Source of the DNA: Azolla caroliniana | Lineage: Eukaryota > Plantae > Polypodiophyta | Direction: 5' to 3' | Length of the DNA stretch: 64,000 bases | Assembly: GCA_043228905.1 (NCBI GenBank) | Contig: JBHGNT010000062.1 | Span: 62,001-126,000 of the forward strand | Shown here: one piece after another, positions 1 through 12,501 of the stretch | Numbering within the stretch: position 1 is the stretch's first letter | How the letters are laid out: every line of letters begins with the position of its first letter | Notes under the pieces: generated by a model | Told to the model about the DNA's origin: nothing | The model's input: only the letters and a program-made list of their open reading frames with translations | Databases searched by the model: none | Program-made: the position numbers and the translations under genes

Positions 1-1
1 C

Positions 2-814
2 CCGGTATGCACCGTTTCTCTCCGGTGACTTCTTCGAATCGGTGTCGTCGGCTCCGTTGTCTTTTCGGTAATGCCGACAGTTCTTTCGGAAGTGCCCCGG
101 CTTCCCACAGTGGAAGCATGTGGGCCTTCCTCTTGACTGCGACCGGGTCCCCGACTTCTCCCGTCTTTGCGGACTCCGGTTCCATTGTCTTCCCCGATCC
201 GATTCGGTAAATAGCATCTTCGGTTCGGAGGCCGGTTCCTTGTCTCTCCGACGCGCTTCTTCGTTCAAGATACTTGTCTTTACCGTTTGCAAGGACAAGT
301 TATCTTCGGTGCAGGAGGTGCTGAGAGTCACCACCAAGTTCTCCCAGCTGTCCGGCAATGTACACATCAAGATGATGGCTTGCATTGCATCCTCCAGCGG
401 GAACTTGATCGCCGCAAGCTGATTCACGAATCCCATGAACGTGCTTACGTGTTCCACCATACTCTCGCCGTCCCGGTACTTGAGATTCACAATCTTCCTC
501 ATCAGGGAGGTCCGGTTCAACGCATTCTTCCTCTCGTAGAGGCCCGACAGCTTCTTCCACATTTCATATGCGTTGGTGTCGTTCGCCACATGTTGTAGGA
601 CGCTTACATCGACATATTGTCGGATCGTTGCTACGGCTTTCCGGTTCAGGAGCTTCCACTCCGACTCAAGTACCCCCTTCGGTATTTCCGACCTGTCAAT
701 CGGTTCGTACAGGTCCCGAACAATCAGAAGATCCTCCATCTTGATCTTCCAGTCGGCGTAATTCTGTGCGTTCAGCACCATCATCCCCGGCTGCCCGCTG
801 CCGCCGCCTTCCAT
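2..814 (-). CDS. Ty1/Copia gag (N-terminal part of gag-pol, runs off the left edge of the window)
   Basis: Manual translation from ATG at 814: MEGGGSGQPGMMVLNAQNYADWKIKMEDLL...TNAYEMWKKL...LPDSWENLV...CFHCGKPGHFRKNC (CCHC knuckle); no stop before the window edge, so it is absent from the ORF track. Confidence 0.88.
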   Translation of the reverse strand, partial: MEGGGSGQPGMMVLNAQNYADWKIKMEDLLIVRDLYEPIDRSEIPKGVLESEWKLLNRKAVATIRQYVDVSVLQHVANDTNAYEMWKKLSGLYERKNALNRTSLMRKIVNLKYRDGESMVEHVSTFMGFVNQLAAIKFPLEDAMQAIILMCTLPDSWENLVVTLSTSCTEDNLSLQTVKTSILNEEARRRDKEPASEPKMLFTESDRGRQWNRSPQRREKSGTRSQSRGRPTCFHCGKPGHFRKNCRHYRKDNGADDTDSKKSPERNGAYR

Positions 815-828
815 TTTCTGCAACAGTC

Positions 829-1434
829 GCTCTGATACCAGTTTGTTGAGAATCAACGCTTCGATTCACCTTCTTCACTCGGCCACAACCGAGTAATTGC
901 GGATCAATGGAGCAGAAAATAGGAACCAAAAAAAGAAATACACGAGTACACAGTGATTAACGTGGAAAACCCTAGATGGGAAAAACCACGGGAGTACAAG
1001 ACTCCAAACAACACTATACAAAGAGAAGTATACAATGACGAGCTCCAAGGCGACAACCTTGAGCTCGCTGTCCTCGCCACAGGCGGCGGAAATACACAGA
1101 GGCGTCGTCCTCTTCCTCTCTCGCGCTCTATCTCTCTCTCTCTCTCTCTCACGGCTGCTTACTCTTCACTCCTCTTGAGTGGAAAAAACAGAAAAATGAG
1201 AAGCAACGACAAAACAGTTTGCCCTAAGTCATATTTATACTCATATGACTTTGGGCTATTTACAACTGTAGCCTCAGGGGCCCATAGCGAACATATTCAC
1301 GGATATGTCCCTGCATCCGGATCGCTCTCCGGGTACATTCGTCATCCGGTACCGAAACCGGGGTCTTCGTCATCCGGATCCGAAACCGACAACCGGATCC
1401 GACCATCCCATCCGAAGGGACCGTAATCCCAACA
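829..1434 (-). mobile_element. 5' LTR (844-1434) and tRNA-iMet PBS (829-840) of the Copia element above
   Basis: gctctgatacca is the reverse complement of TGGTATCAGAGC; LTR bounded by TG...CA; same family as the LTRs at 4704 and 8740. Confidence 0.85.
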
Positions 1435-1787
1435 GCACGTAGTGGGTCTCTTGTCCCTTCTCTCTTGCTCTTCGGTACAGGACCCCTAAGGTCCCGCCTC
1501 ATTCCACGCATCCGCGAGGAAAACCTCGACAGCGCGATACCTTCTCTCCCCCGTCTCCCTCTCTTTTATAGCTCAAGGAGGGAGGTCGTTTCACCCGTTT
1601 ACATCACATTAATTCTCTGTCCTTTCGGACAGAGATACTCCTCGATTTCCCCTATAGAATATTGCTACCTAGGATTTGACCTTTGTGCCTACCTATCCAC
1701 TATACAACAAGGGGCATGCCCACGTGTAAGGGCCGGTTCACACACACCATACACGGTTTGCGCCTGGGGACGGTTTTCTTCACGACA
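1435..1787 (-). mobile_element. Partial Gypsy LTR, interrupted by the Copia insertion
   Basis: Reverse complement begins tgtcgtgaagaaaaccgtccccaggcg...gaaccggcccttacac, matching the LTR start at 11989. Confidence 0.75.
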
Positions 1788-2168
1788 ACGTCATTACGAA
1801 TGCCTCTCGTAAGAACGAGCTCATGGTGGCATCGTATCCATGTAACGAGGGAGGGATGTTGGATACGTGTGTCATTGGAGCGACCTCACTTGAAGTCGGT
1901 CAAGCCCTACGTACTCAACATCATTATGGCTATAGGCGTTTCTTTACGTAACGAAATCGAGGTCATCAACAGGGTTGTCAACAATCAAAAATTGTTGAAA
2001 AAGGGATGGTGACAACGCCATTCTCACAAAAATTTGAGGACGGCCACCAACATCCTTTTCCCGACAAGGACAACTTTCGATATAATCACGTAATAACGAA
2101 TATACACATATGTTTACTTATCATATATATACATGACCACATATGCCTATATTAAACATATCGTTATA

Positions 2169-3440
2169 TTAAACATTCGGATCCAGATCTGTCCGAATTG
2201 GCGCGCTTCTTCCAACACTTGCTTTCTCTGTGGCCCTTTTTGCCATAGTACCAGTTTTCCGTGGCGGATTTGTCTTGTCAGCCTCCGGCTCCACCTTCAC
2301 TCCCCCTGCTTGTGGAAGTCCCGGAACTATTGTCGGCACGGTCTCTGTGTCGTCGGTCTTGCCCTTGTCGGCCGCCTCCATTGCGTGCCAATCCGCCTTG
2401 TCCACCACGCCCACGGGGCCGATCCGCCTCCGTGTACAGAACCGCTATCGGTGGGTGCCCTTGTTGACGCACTGACGTGGTTCTCCTCTACAAGGAGCAT
2501 TGATTGTAAGTCAAAAAATGACGGCGTATTCTCCCTCGTACATAGAGCTGTCCGGAAAGCTCGAAACTTAGACGTCATGCCCCCAAGACAAACCTGTACC
2601 ATCTCGTCTTCGTCTACCGTGACGTTAATAGAGGCAAGCGAGTCACATATCTCTTTGATTCGGGCCATGTAATCAGCCACCGACATGTCCTTCTGTCAGA
2701 CATTGCTCAACTCTTGTCGGAGTTGCAGCTTCTGGGCTGTAGTGCTTGCGGCGAACACCTTCTTTAGGTTTCCCCAAGCCTCTTTCGGCGTCTTAGCATC
2801 TCGGACATGCCTCAGTAGCTGGTCTCCGACACTGGACGCAAAGAAGTACATCACTCTGCTTGTCGATTGTTCCCACACCGGGAAGTCCTTGTGTGCCGCA
2901 TCAGGTGTTGTATCGTTAGCTCCGTCGACATAGCTCCAGTAACCATGCCCAAGCAGCCACTGGTGCACCTTGTATGACCAAGATGCATAGTTAGATCTGT
3001 CGAGCTTCTCCACCGGAAGCGAGCTAGCCATTCCTCTATCCATTGTTTTTTTTTTTTGTTCTTTACAAAGGTTAGGTTTTCTTCTTGCGAAAGCGAATGT
3101 CCACTGCAGAGGTTCTCAACCGTCACGCTCTAATACCATGTAAAAACAAATAGTGTGTGGAAGCAATAAAAAACAGAAGACAGAGAACAGGTTTAATGGA
3201 GAGCTTAACAGTACGCGGGAGAGACAGAGAGAGCAAAACAAGAATCTCTATTCAAAAATTATATCAACACTCTATACATCATATGTGTTCAACGAACACT
3301 TTTATACAGGTCCATACGGACTGACAGAAGTACGGTGTACTTCAATGCTCACTCGAGCATCTGACACTAACTACGAGAGTAATAACTCCCTAGTAGTCTA
3401 GCTGCTACTAGGCTTCCAGTTACTGATGGATCCTGCTAAC
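2169..3440 (-). mobile_element. Degenerate Copia 5' part: LTR fragment (from about 3139), PBS (about 3127-3138), frameshifted gag
   Basis: ORFs 2696-3043 (EKLDRSNYASWSYK...KTPKEAWGNLK) and 2327-2686 (MSVADYMARIKEICDSL); zinc-knuckle remnant near 2200-2250; PBS variant tggtattagagc. Confidence 0.85.
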
Positions 3441-3449
3441 GGGCTCGCC

Positions 3450-5382
3450 AGCTAACGGGGACCTCGAAGAGGAGATCTACATGCAGCAACCGGAAGGATT
3501 CGTGGAGAAAGGGAAGGAGCACCGTACGGATGGAGGTCATCTTTGCTACCTGGTATACCGGTTGAAGAAGAGCCTGTATGGACTGAAGCAGGCTCCCCGA
3601 CAATGGTACCGGAAGTTCGACTCCTTCATGACCGATCAAGGGTACCACAAGACATAGGCTGACCACTGTGTGTTTGTGAAGAAGTTCGAAGGAGGCAACT
3701 TCCTGATACTCCTTCTATACGTGGACGACATGTTGATTGTCAGACGAAACCAAGCCAAAATATGGATGCTGAAGAAGGCTCTCAACCGGACCTTCTCAAT
3801 GAAAGACTTGGGTCCGGCAAGAAAGATGTTGGGGATGCATAATATCCGAAACTGGTCAATGAAGCAATTGTGGCTGTCACAGGAGAAGTACGTGACAAAG
3901 GTGCTTCAGCAGTTCAACATGTCAGATGCGAAACCGGTCGGATCGACACTTCCGGCAAATTGCAGGTTATTCGATAAGCAAAGCCCGAAGACGAAAGCAG
4001 AGAAGGCGGATATGATGAAGGTTCCATATGCCTCTGCCGTCGGAAGCTTAATGTACACAATGGTGTGTACCCGACCGGATATAGGATATGCAGTCGGAGT
4101 GGTGAGCCGGTTTATGAGCAATCCTGGCAAGGAACACTAGAAAGCGGTCAAATGGATACTCCGGTACTTGAAGGGCACTTTAAATATGTGTCTCTGATTC
4201 GGCTCCGGTAAACCTCAACTTGACGGTTTTACCGATTCGGACATGTCGGCTTATGTGGATTCCAGCCGGTCTACATCCGGGTATGTAATGACATATGCAG
4301 GGGGAGCTGTTTCGTGGTAGTCGAGGCTACAAAAGACGGTTGCGTTGTCAACCACGGAGGCGGAGTACATGGCTGCTGTGGAAGCCGGCAAGGAAATATT
4401 TTGGATGAAGGACTTCGTCAGAGAGCTCGGTATCCGGCAAGATGAATACCGGCTCTATTGCGACAGTCAAAGTGCCATCCACCTTGCAAAGAATGCGGCC
4501 TACCATTCCCGGACGAAGCATATCCAGCGAAGGTGTCACTGGATCCGGGAAAGAGTAGATGACCAGGAGTTCGCTGACAAAGATCCACACGGCCGAGAAT
4601 GGGTCAGATATGCTAACCAAAGTACTGATACCTGACAAGCTGGATGCATGCCAGAAGTGGATCGGACTAGTAAGACATCCCATGCCGGAGTGAAGGGGGA
4701 GTTTGTTAGGAAACAGATCCCTCCGGATGGGAAGTGAGAAGAACACTACCGGATGTAGAGTACCCGGCTATGGAAGACCCGGTGAGAACCGGATGCGTAA
4801 TACCCGGCAAGAGCGGGATGGTGAAGACCTAGTGATGACCGGATGAAGAGTACCCGACTACGGAAGACCTGGTGAGAACCGGATGAAGAGTACTCGGCTA
4901 GAGCCGGATGGTGAAGGCCCGGTGAGAACCGGATGACAAGAGCCCGGCAAGAGCCGGATGATGCAGGCCCGGTGAGGAGTGCTCACCGGATGAAGGGACA
5001 TATTCGTAAATATGTTTTCTGAGAGTCCATCGGGGCTATATTTGTAAATAGCCGAGAAGTCATATTAGTATAAATATGACTTAGGGCAAACTTAGAAGTG
5101 GAGTTGTCATTCTTGTTGGCGCTAGATCAGAGAGCGTGTAACAGTGTATAGAGAGAGAGAGAGAGGAAGAGGTTGTTTCCTCTGTTGTAACCGCCACCTG
5201 TGGCAAAGATTGAGAGCGCGAGGTCGTTGCCTCCGTGAGCTCACTGTTGTAATCATTGTGATATATTGATAGTTTGGAGTCTGTGAACTCCCGTGGTTTT
5301 TCCCTCTCAAGGTTTTCCACGTTAAACATCCTGTGTACTCTTCTCTCCTTTGTGTCGTGCATTTATTTCCCGTTTTTTGTGT
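3450..5382 (+). mobile_element. Degenerate Copia 3' part: RT/RNase H pseudogene, PPT and 3'-truncated LTR (4704-about 5382)
   Basis: LLLYVDDML, TRPDIGYAVGVVSRFM, STTEAEY, CDSQSAIHLAKN...HSRTKHI, with stops; gaagggggagtt then TGTTAGG at 4704; the LTR is fused directly to Gypsy integrase sequence. Confidence 0.9.
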
Positions 5383-5852
5383 GGATGGTGGATCTGGTGA
5401 CAATGTTGATGGGGGTAGGGCAGATGCAATATCTGGTGCTGGCTCGAGAGGACCTAACGAACCAGGTGGAAGGCCGAGCGTTGCCTAACAAAACATATGG
5501 GAAGGTGGAACGTGGACACAGGCCGATTGTCAAAGTGTTAGTGCGGGCATGTGGAGACCAAGTCGGAAACTGACCGCGGCTCTTGCCCAATGCGTTGTGG
5601 GCTGACCGAACTACGCACAGTTCCGTAACCATTTTCATGCCGGCGGAGCTGATGTACGGGCAGAAGCCGATCATGCCAATGGAGCGAACGATCTCCTCAT
5701 GGGCCACGGTGGACTGGAGGGACCAGATGATCCGGTGTCACGTTATTACGTGCGTGCGTGTGGAAGGGGCGGGACCACGGGGGTCTCAGACAAGGGAGAA
5801 AAGGGGTGCCAAGAAAACTGACACCGGGCACGACCCGGATGCAATCGAACAT

Positions 5853-5884
<32 letters not shown>

Positions 5885-7042
5885 ACCATGGGCGCGACAC
5901 CAACTCTTATGCACAGGAAGCAAGGGGTTGTGCTCCCGACACCACCAAATACACCAACATGTACAAACAGATATGAGTATGTGTATTACAGGCGAAATAA
6001 TACAACTCCAGCTTCGAGGCGGACCAAGGTAGGTTACAACTGCAGTCGGCTGCCAAGCCGCTGGTCGGGGAGCTCACGGGTCGTCACGCCGAGCGGGGCC
6101 TTGCACAGGAGACCGAGCAAAAGCAAAACCTAAACAAACACGAGCTCCCGAATTAACTACTGTCCAGCGCCATGATGGCGCCCCTATCATTTACACGATT
6201 TGTACAAGGGTGAGTGCACATGCTCCACCCTGCCGATTCTTCCGATATTCTCCGATTTCTCACTGTGGCCCAAAATTTTCACGACATCTGCCCCCACGAA
6301 ACCGCATGTCCACTGGTACGTGCCAAATCCGGAGAAAGGCGAAGGATTCGGGCCGGTGAGAAACCGGTCCTCCGTGATCTGCATCCTGGCTTGCTGCGTC
6401 GACCACTACCGGTTTGAACCGTCCACTCCGGTTCATCCTTCGCGCTTGCCTCTCCATAGGCTCGTTTGACCCGTCAATAGGTCGTCCGCCGCGATCCCGT
6501 GGCGCGCGTGCTTCCTTGTTGGCCCTTCTTTCGACCGTATGCACGCTTCTCATCCCTTCGGATACGCAGTGTCCTCCGTCCGAGGAGCACCCGTGATCGC
6601 CCGCTTGGCCTCCACCGATCTTCGCGTCGTCCTGGTTCTCGTTCCGAGCTGATCTCCATCGCCTTCGTCCCCTCGCCATCACCTACCTTTTCCTTGGTCT
6701 TATGCTGTCACAGCGGCCGAACTGCTAAGGTCTCCGTCTTCCGCCTTCCTTGTTCCGCACCGCCTGTGCCGAACACGGTCCCTTACTCGTGCTTCTCTTT
6801 GGCCCTTGATGGCCACACGCACGTCTTCCGTTCCACTTTCGGGTGTGCCCTTTCCGGCTCGGCACACCGCTCCTTAACCAGATGTCCCCAACAGCTTACC
6901 GGAAGATCACCCTTTTCGCGTACCGGCCCGCGTGGCCTCCTTCGTTCACGTAACGCCTTGGTTGGTCAGTGCTTCTGTTGTTGCCACCTTCGTCCGCTTG
7001 TCGCCACCTTCCATTACCATTGGTCTCACGCTGCCACGTCGG

Positions 7043-7330
7043 CCGAACAGCGGGGGTCTCCGGGCAAGTGTGAAGGATCCTTCCCGGGACTCCGTTTGTT
7101 GGGTCACTGAGTCTTGTACTAAGCGCGTCCGATATTTGTCTTGCCGACCCTGCCGGTCGGGTCCGTATTCGGTTCGTGGCCGCCTTGCCGAACAGCGGGG
7201 GTCTCCGCGCAAGTGTGAAGGATCCTTCCCGGGCCTCCGTTTGTTGGGTCACCGACTCTTGTACCAAGCGCGTCCGATATTTGTCTTGCCGACCCTGCCA
7301 GTCGGGTCCGTATCCAGTTCGTGGCTGCCT
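7043..7330. repeat. About 145-bp direct repeat, 2 copies, inside Gypsy B
   Basis: ccgaacagcgggggtctccg...gtgtgaaggatccttcccggg starts at 7043 and again at 7188. Confidence 0.85.
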
Positions 7331-8739
7331 CGTCGGCCTTATACCTCCTTTTGTTCTGCTTTCCGTCATCCGATCACGTTCACCTGCCGCCACCGTCCTT
7401 TCCTATAGGACTCACGCCGGCACTCAAGCCGAGCACCGGTTCGGTGTGAGGATCTTCGTGGGACCTCCCTTTTTTTGCATCTCGATTGCCCGCCTTGCCG
7501 TCGCCACTGTTCTTCTCTCTAGGTCTACGTTGTACCTCGTTGTCGGCTGCCGATGTGTGTAAGGTCGCTGCAACACCGCATGCCGTCTTCCCGACCTCCG
7601 CGTCGGCCTCTTCGGCTACTCACGTTCACCTCCGGCCACCGATCTCTCCTATAGGACTCACACCGGCACTCGGACCATCCGCCGGATCAGTGTGAGGATC
7701 TCCATAGACTGCCCATCCACAGTCCCTTTGCCTTCGTCCCCTCGCCACCATTGTTCGTCACTCTAGATCTCACGTCGGCTCTCGGGCGGACCACCGGAGC
7801 CTCTAGAACCGGTGTGAAGGATCCTCCTCGGGCTTGTCATATCTCCGACCCTTGTCCTAGGTCGTCTATCTCCGTAAGTCAAGAGGGTGGCTCGCTCCAC
7901 ACCCTCTCCCGTGGTACCGTCGTACCCTGTGTCCCGGCCTCTATGTAGGCCTATCTCTTCCTCCCTTCCGGATCGGTTATCCGGAAGTCCGCCCCGCCCG
8001 GTTCTCGTCCAGGTCCGACCGTCACTCCGTGTTGCCGGGTCCCGTTCTCCTGCCGCCACCGTCAGTATCTTGGTCTTACGTCGAACCCGTTGCCAACCGC
8101 CGAAGTCTCAAGATCCGGTGTGAGGTGACCTATAGGACCGAACTTCGTTCTCCGCATCTGTTTCTCCCCCGTCTTCCTCCAAAGACTCGTCCCAGGCCAC
8201 CGACCCTTTTAGTGGTGTTGGTGGATAGCATCCGCTCTATCATCAACCAAGCCCCTCCTGGGCTTGATACTCCAATGTTCGGAGTTTCGGCTCCGATGCC
8301 GATCGTGCCGAATGCATTCCGAACCCTTGATCACCTTCCTTTCGGTTCCCGACCTTCACCCGGTTGGTCTTTCTCCCCATGTAAAAGAGGGCAGCTCGTT
8401 CTACACCCTCTCCCGTATTGGCACCTTCATGCCGATTCTGGCCCCGGTCGAACAATCCACGACCGGATCGCACTCCACCCGTATCGGAGCACCACAGTGT
8501 TCAGTCCCCGGTCGGGTCGTTTCTTGGTCCCTTTGTCAACCTTCTCGTGGGCCATTTCCCATCCATCTTCGCTGGCATCGTGCCAGAACTCCTCCGTCTC
8601 ACATGGGTGTAAGGGCCCGAATGCTGAGTTCTCCGGAATTGGTCCCGAGGCCTCTCGTTAGTTCCTTCCCCATATCGTCTCGCCAATGATTGTCGGTCTC
8701 TCGTCGCCGCCCTCCTCCTCTTGGGACTCACGTGGGCAC

Positions 8740-9595
8740 TGACGAGAACTTGACGTTCCTTATGCGCAAGACTCGGCCACAACCGAGATTCTTTTCATAC
8801 ACAGCAAATGGGAAATAAAACACGACACAGAGAAGAGAGATGGTACACAGGAGGTTTACGTGGAAAACCCCAAACTAGGGGAAAAACCACGGCAGCCCAC
8901 AGGCTGCAAACTGTCACTATGTAGGAATATACAACAATGAGTTCACTGAGGCAACGACCTCGTGCTCACGGATCTTCGCCACAGGCGGCGGTTACAACAG
9001 AGGCAACGACCTCGTCTCTCTCTCTCTCTGTGTGTACAGTTACGCACTCTCTCTTCTTCTTGCACCAACAAGGAAGAATAACGACCGTATACTAAAAGTT
9101 TGCCCTAAGTCATATTTATACTAATATGACTTTTCGGCTATTTACAAATATAGCCTCGATGGGCTCTCAGAAACATATTTACGAATATGTCTCTTCCTCC
9201 GGTTCTCACCGGTTCTGCACCATCCGGCTCTCCGTAGCCCGGTACTCCTCATCCGGTTCACACCGGGCCTTTATCATCCGGCTCTCCGTAGCCGGGTACT
9301 ACTCATCCGGTTCACACCGGGCCTGCACCATCCGGCTCTCCGTAGCCGGGTACTCCTCATCCGGTTCACACCGGGCCTGCACCATCCGGCTCTCCGTAGC
9401 CGGGTACTCTTCATCCGGTTCATACCGGGCCTGCACCATCCGGCTCTCCGTAGCCGAGTACTCTTCATCCGGTTCATACCAGGCCTGCACCATCCGGCTC
9501 TCCGTAGCCGGGTACTCATCATACCGTTTCGGCCTCGGCCTGTTCGTCGGCACTGTTCTTCTCCCTTCCCATCCGGAGGGAACTGTCTCCCAACA
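8740..9595 (-). mobile_element. Copia solo LTR with 5-bp TSD GGCAC
   Basis: ggcac|TGACG...CAACA|ggcac; homologous to the LTRs at 844 and 4704. Confidence 0.92.
9195..9522. repeat. 54-bp tandem repeat (about 6 copies) within the solo LTR
   Basis: Unit catccggctctccgtagccgggtactcctcatccggttcacaccgggcctgcac; gives spurious 18-aa repeat ORFs. Confidence 0.9.
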
Positions 9596-12501
9596 GGCAC
9601 TCGGGCCCGACTGCCATCGTCTCGGGAGCAAGTGTGGGAAGATGCGTAGAATCGCCCGTCCTATTTATGCCCTTGTCCGTAGCCACCGGCTCCTCGTGGT
9701 CGGTGGTCGTCCCTTTACCGATCGCGCACGCCCTGCCTAGGCTTGCCTCTGCAATGTCCGGAGTTCCGGGCTGACGTGCCCGAAACTGTCGGTCCCGACG
9801 TTCCGATTCTGTGATCGGTATCTCGGCCTTGTCCTTGGCCGTTCTATCTCCGCAAGCCGATAGGGCGATTTGTTCCGCACCCTCTCCTGTGGTACCATGG
9901 TACCGATCTTCTACCATCTCGTGGGGCAAGCTCGTCTCCTTGGCGTCAGCTCGTGGCCTCGATCTTTCTTCTTCCTCGATCATCACCTCGAGAGTTGCGT
10001 ACGCCTCCGCAATCTTGGCTCCGAAGCCGAGCCTTACCGACTCTCTTTGCCGTTCGGCCTCTTCCCGCTGTGATGGCACACCGTCACGCACCTTCCTCTT
10101 AGCCTTCTCAGCGCGCTCGTCATCTAGCCATTGGCATACCCTTCTGACCTTCAACCAGTCCTCCGTAAGGCCATTCGTCTTCGAGCTCAATCCCGATGGC
10201 CTCCTGTTCCGCTCGGTCGATCAACTTAACAAACAATAGGACTTTGTCCGCCCCCACCAAACCTTGTTCCTACCCCGGGAGTCGAGCAAGCCGTCGCTCG
10301 AACTCTCGGAACGCCTTCGTTGCGCCCCGGTGGTTCTTCGTCGATGCAACCCACTGGTCAAAGCAGTATCGTCCCCGGCTCTTCCGACGTCCTCCATATG
10401 CCTGCAGGAGCGCCTCTTCAAAGGCCTCCCACAAACTATGAGCTTCTCGGAGCTCCTTCACTTCCGCGTGCATACAGACAATGATGACCCGACAGAAGAA
10501 CTCCAGCCTCAATGCCTCGTCTACGTCTCACTCCTCCATCTCCGCGTTGTAGGCTTCCAAGTTGAATGGGACCTTGTCCCCGTTGAAACGGCTGACTCTT
10601 TCGACCACTCATTCAACAGCTTGTTGCGTCAACTCTCTTCTTGTTGTTGCTCGTCCAAACTCCCTCACCGCTCGACAAAAAGTTGCGTGAAGTTGTCTTC
10701 TTCCAACTCCATTCTCCCTTGCCGCCCTTTCATGTCGAGTTCACCAAATATGTCGCATTATTACGTGCGTGCGTGTGGAAGAGGCAGGACCACGGGGGTC
10801 TCGGACGAGGGTGAAAAGGGGTGCCAAGAAAACTAACACCGGGCACAACCCAGATGCAACCGAACATGAGAGAGAGAGAGAGAGAAGAGGGAGAGCATGG
10901 GCGCGACAACTCTTATGCACAGGAAGCAAGGGGTTGTGCTCCCGACACCACCAAATACACTAACATGTACAAACAGATATGAGTACATGTATTACAAGCG
11001 AAATAATACAACCTCGGCTTTGAGCCGGACCAAGGTAAGTTACAGCCGCAGTTAGCTGCCATGCCTCCGGTCGGGGAGCTCACGGGCTCGTCGCACCAAT
11101 CGGGGTCGTGCACAGGACACTGAGCAAAAGCAAACCCTAAACAAACACGAACTCTCAACCCTCACGACGAGGAAGAAGGAGAAGAAAAGAAAAAGAAACT
11201 ACCAAGTTAAAACTGCCTAACCCTAACCTAACGGTATACCCCCCAAGCACAAACTGGGCAACCCCTTCACAAAGGGCGCTCCCTTCCTTTTATAGAACAA
11301 GGAGAGGAATGCGTAACAATGTGGGATAAATCCCATATTACATAGGATCGTCTGTCCCAAATTAACTATTGTCCGGCACCATGATGGCACCCCTGACATT
11401 TACACGATTTGTGGAAGGGTGAGTGCACATGCTCCACCCCGCCGATTCTTCCGATTTCTCAATGTGGCCCGAAATCTTCACGACACTGGGAGGAGCTGTT
11501 AGCGGTGCGGATCCGACAGCTCGAGCGAAGACCGGAGGATGTGGAACAAGCCACGGAAAAGTTGCGGGTCGCGAGGGTAAAGAACAAGGGACGATTCGAT
11601 CGGACTCACCGACTAAGGCCGAAGAAAATCGAGGAAGGAGATTGGGTTCTGGTATATGACAGCAGCCTCGACAACTAGCACAAGGCGATGCGGAAGTTCG
11701 CAAGGAGGTGATTTGGGCCTTACGTGGTGACAAGTGCCAACGACAACAAGACCTACCATCTCACGGAGCTTGACGGGACGAGGATGGCAGTACCGATGGC
11801 CGGAAAAAGGATCAAAGCGTTCAAAAACCAGCAAGAGGATGAACCGGACCCAGACGACTTGGATAGCGAGGACGACCGGTTCGGAGCGAATGGCGATCCG
11901 GATGACGAAGGGTAAGCGCGGGCCGGTCTTCTCCGGCACGAGTCTATTTTGGCGCCTACCGGTGGATGCGCAGTTAGGTGGGGGCGGATGTCGTGGAGAA
12001 AACCGTCCCTAGGCGGAATCGGAGAATGATGTGCGCGAACCGGCCCTTACACACGGGCACAAGTTTTGTTGTAATGTACATATTTAGGTACAAGTCGGCC
12101 GATGTGAATACCTTAGGTCGCACGGATTTGATAGGTAGGAAATCGAGGCATATCTCGTTCCGAAAGGACAGAGAATAAAGATGATGTAACAAGTTGTAAC
12201 GGCCTCCCTCCTTGGGCTATAAAAGAGAGGGAGAGGAATCGTAAAAGGGATCGCTTTTGTGGAGGATGAAGTGTTGTCAGACTGGGACCGAGCTCTTCTC
12301 CTTTTTCATCAGAATATATATATACATATACGCATTTGTCTCGTTTCCGTTGTTTCATTCAGTTGCAGTTTCTGTGTATCTGTGTGTGTGTGTGGAAGCA
12401 TGGCCATTGTCTTTCTTGCTCCTACTCCTGATCGGTTATTCCTCGGTCCAAGACCCCGTGGTCCCACCTCGTTCTATACGCACGCGCATAACAACGCGAC
12501 A

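Larger units (their letters stand above)
5736..11485 (-). mobile_element. Non-autonomous Gypsy element B: 5' LTR 10751-11485, 3' LTR 5736-6286 (internally deleted), tRNA-Trp-type PBS, decayed gag
   Basis: The two LTRs are clear direct repeats; PBS tggtgaactcgacatg at about 10731-10746; PPT next to 6287; 4-bp TSD ccgg/ctgg restores the host reading frame (M-I-R-E-E); gag remnant 10200-10730 (FDQWVASTKNHRGATKAFREFERR). Confidence 0.85.
5383..12501 (+). mobile_element. Gypsy element A: integrase remnant (about 5383-5735 + 11486-11915), PPT and 3' LTR (11989-12501); split by Gypsy B
   Basis: WMVDLVTM..YLVLAREDLTNQVEGRAL, ALWADRTTHSSVT..PAELMYGQKP, EELLAVRIRQLERRPEDVE, GDWVLVYD, GPY-like motif; gggggcgga PPT; LTR tgtcg...cgaca. 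Confidence 0.85.

Noticed and set aside
6260-8782. Many overlapping 60-210 aa ORFs
   Set aside because: GC-rich internal region of a non-autonomous Gypsy element; no recognisable domains
9126-9740. 204-aa repeat-protein ORF and its antisense ORFs
   Set aside because: Artefact of the 54-bp tandem repeat inside a solo LTR
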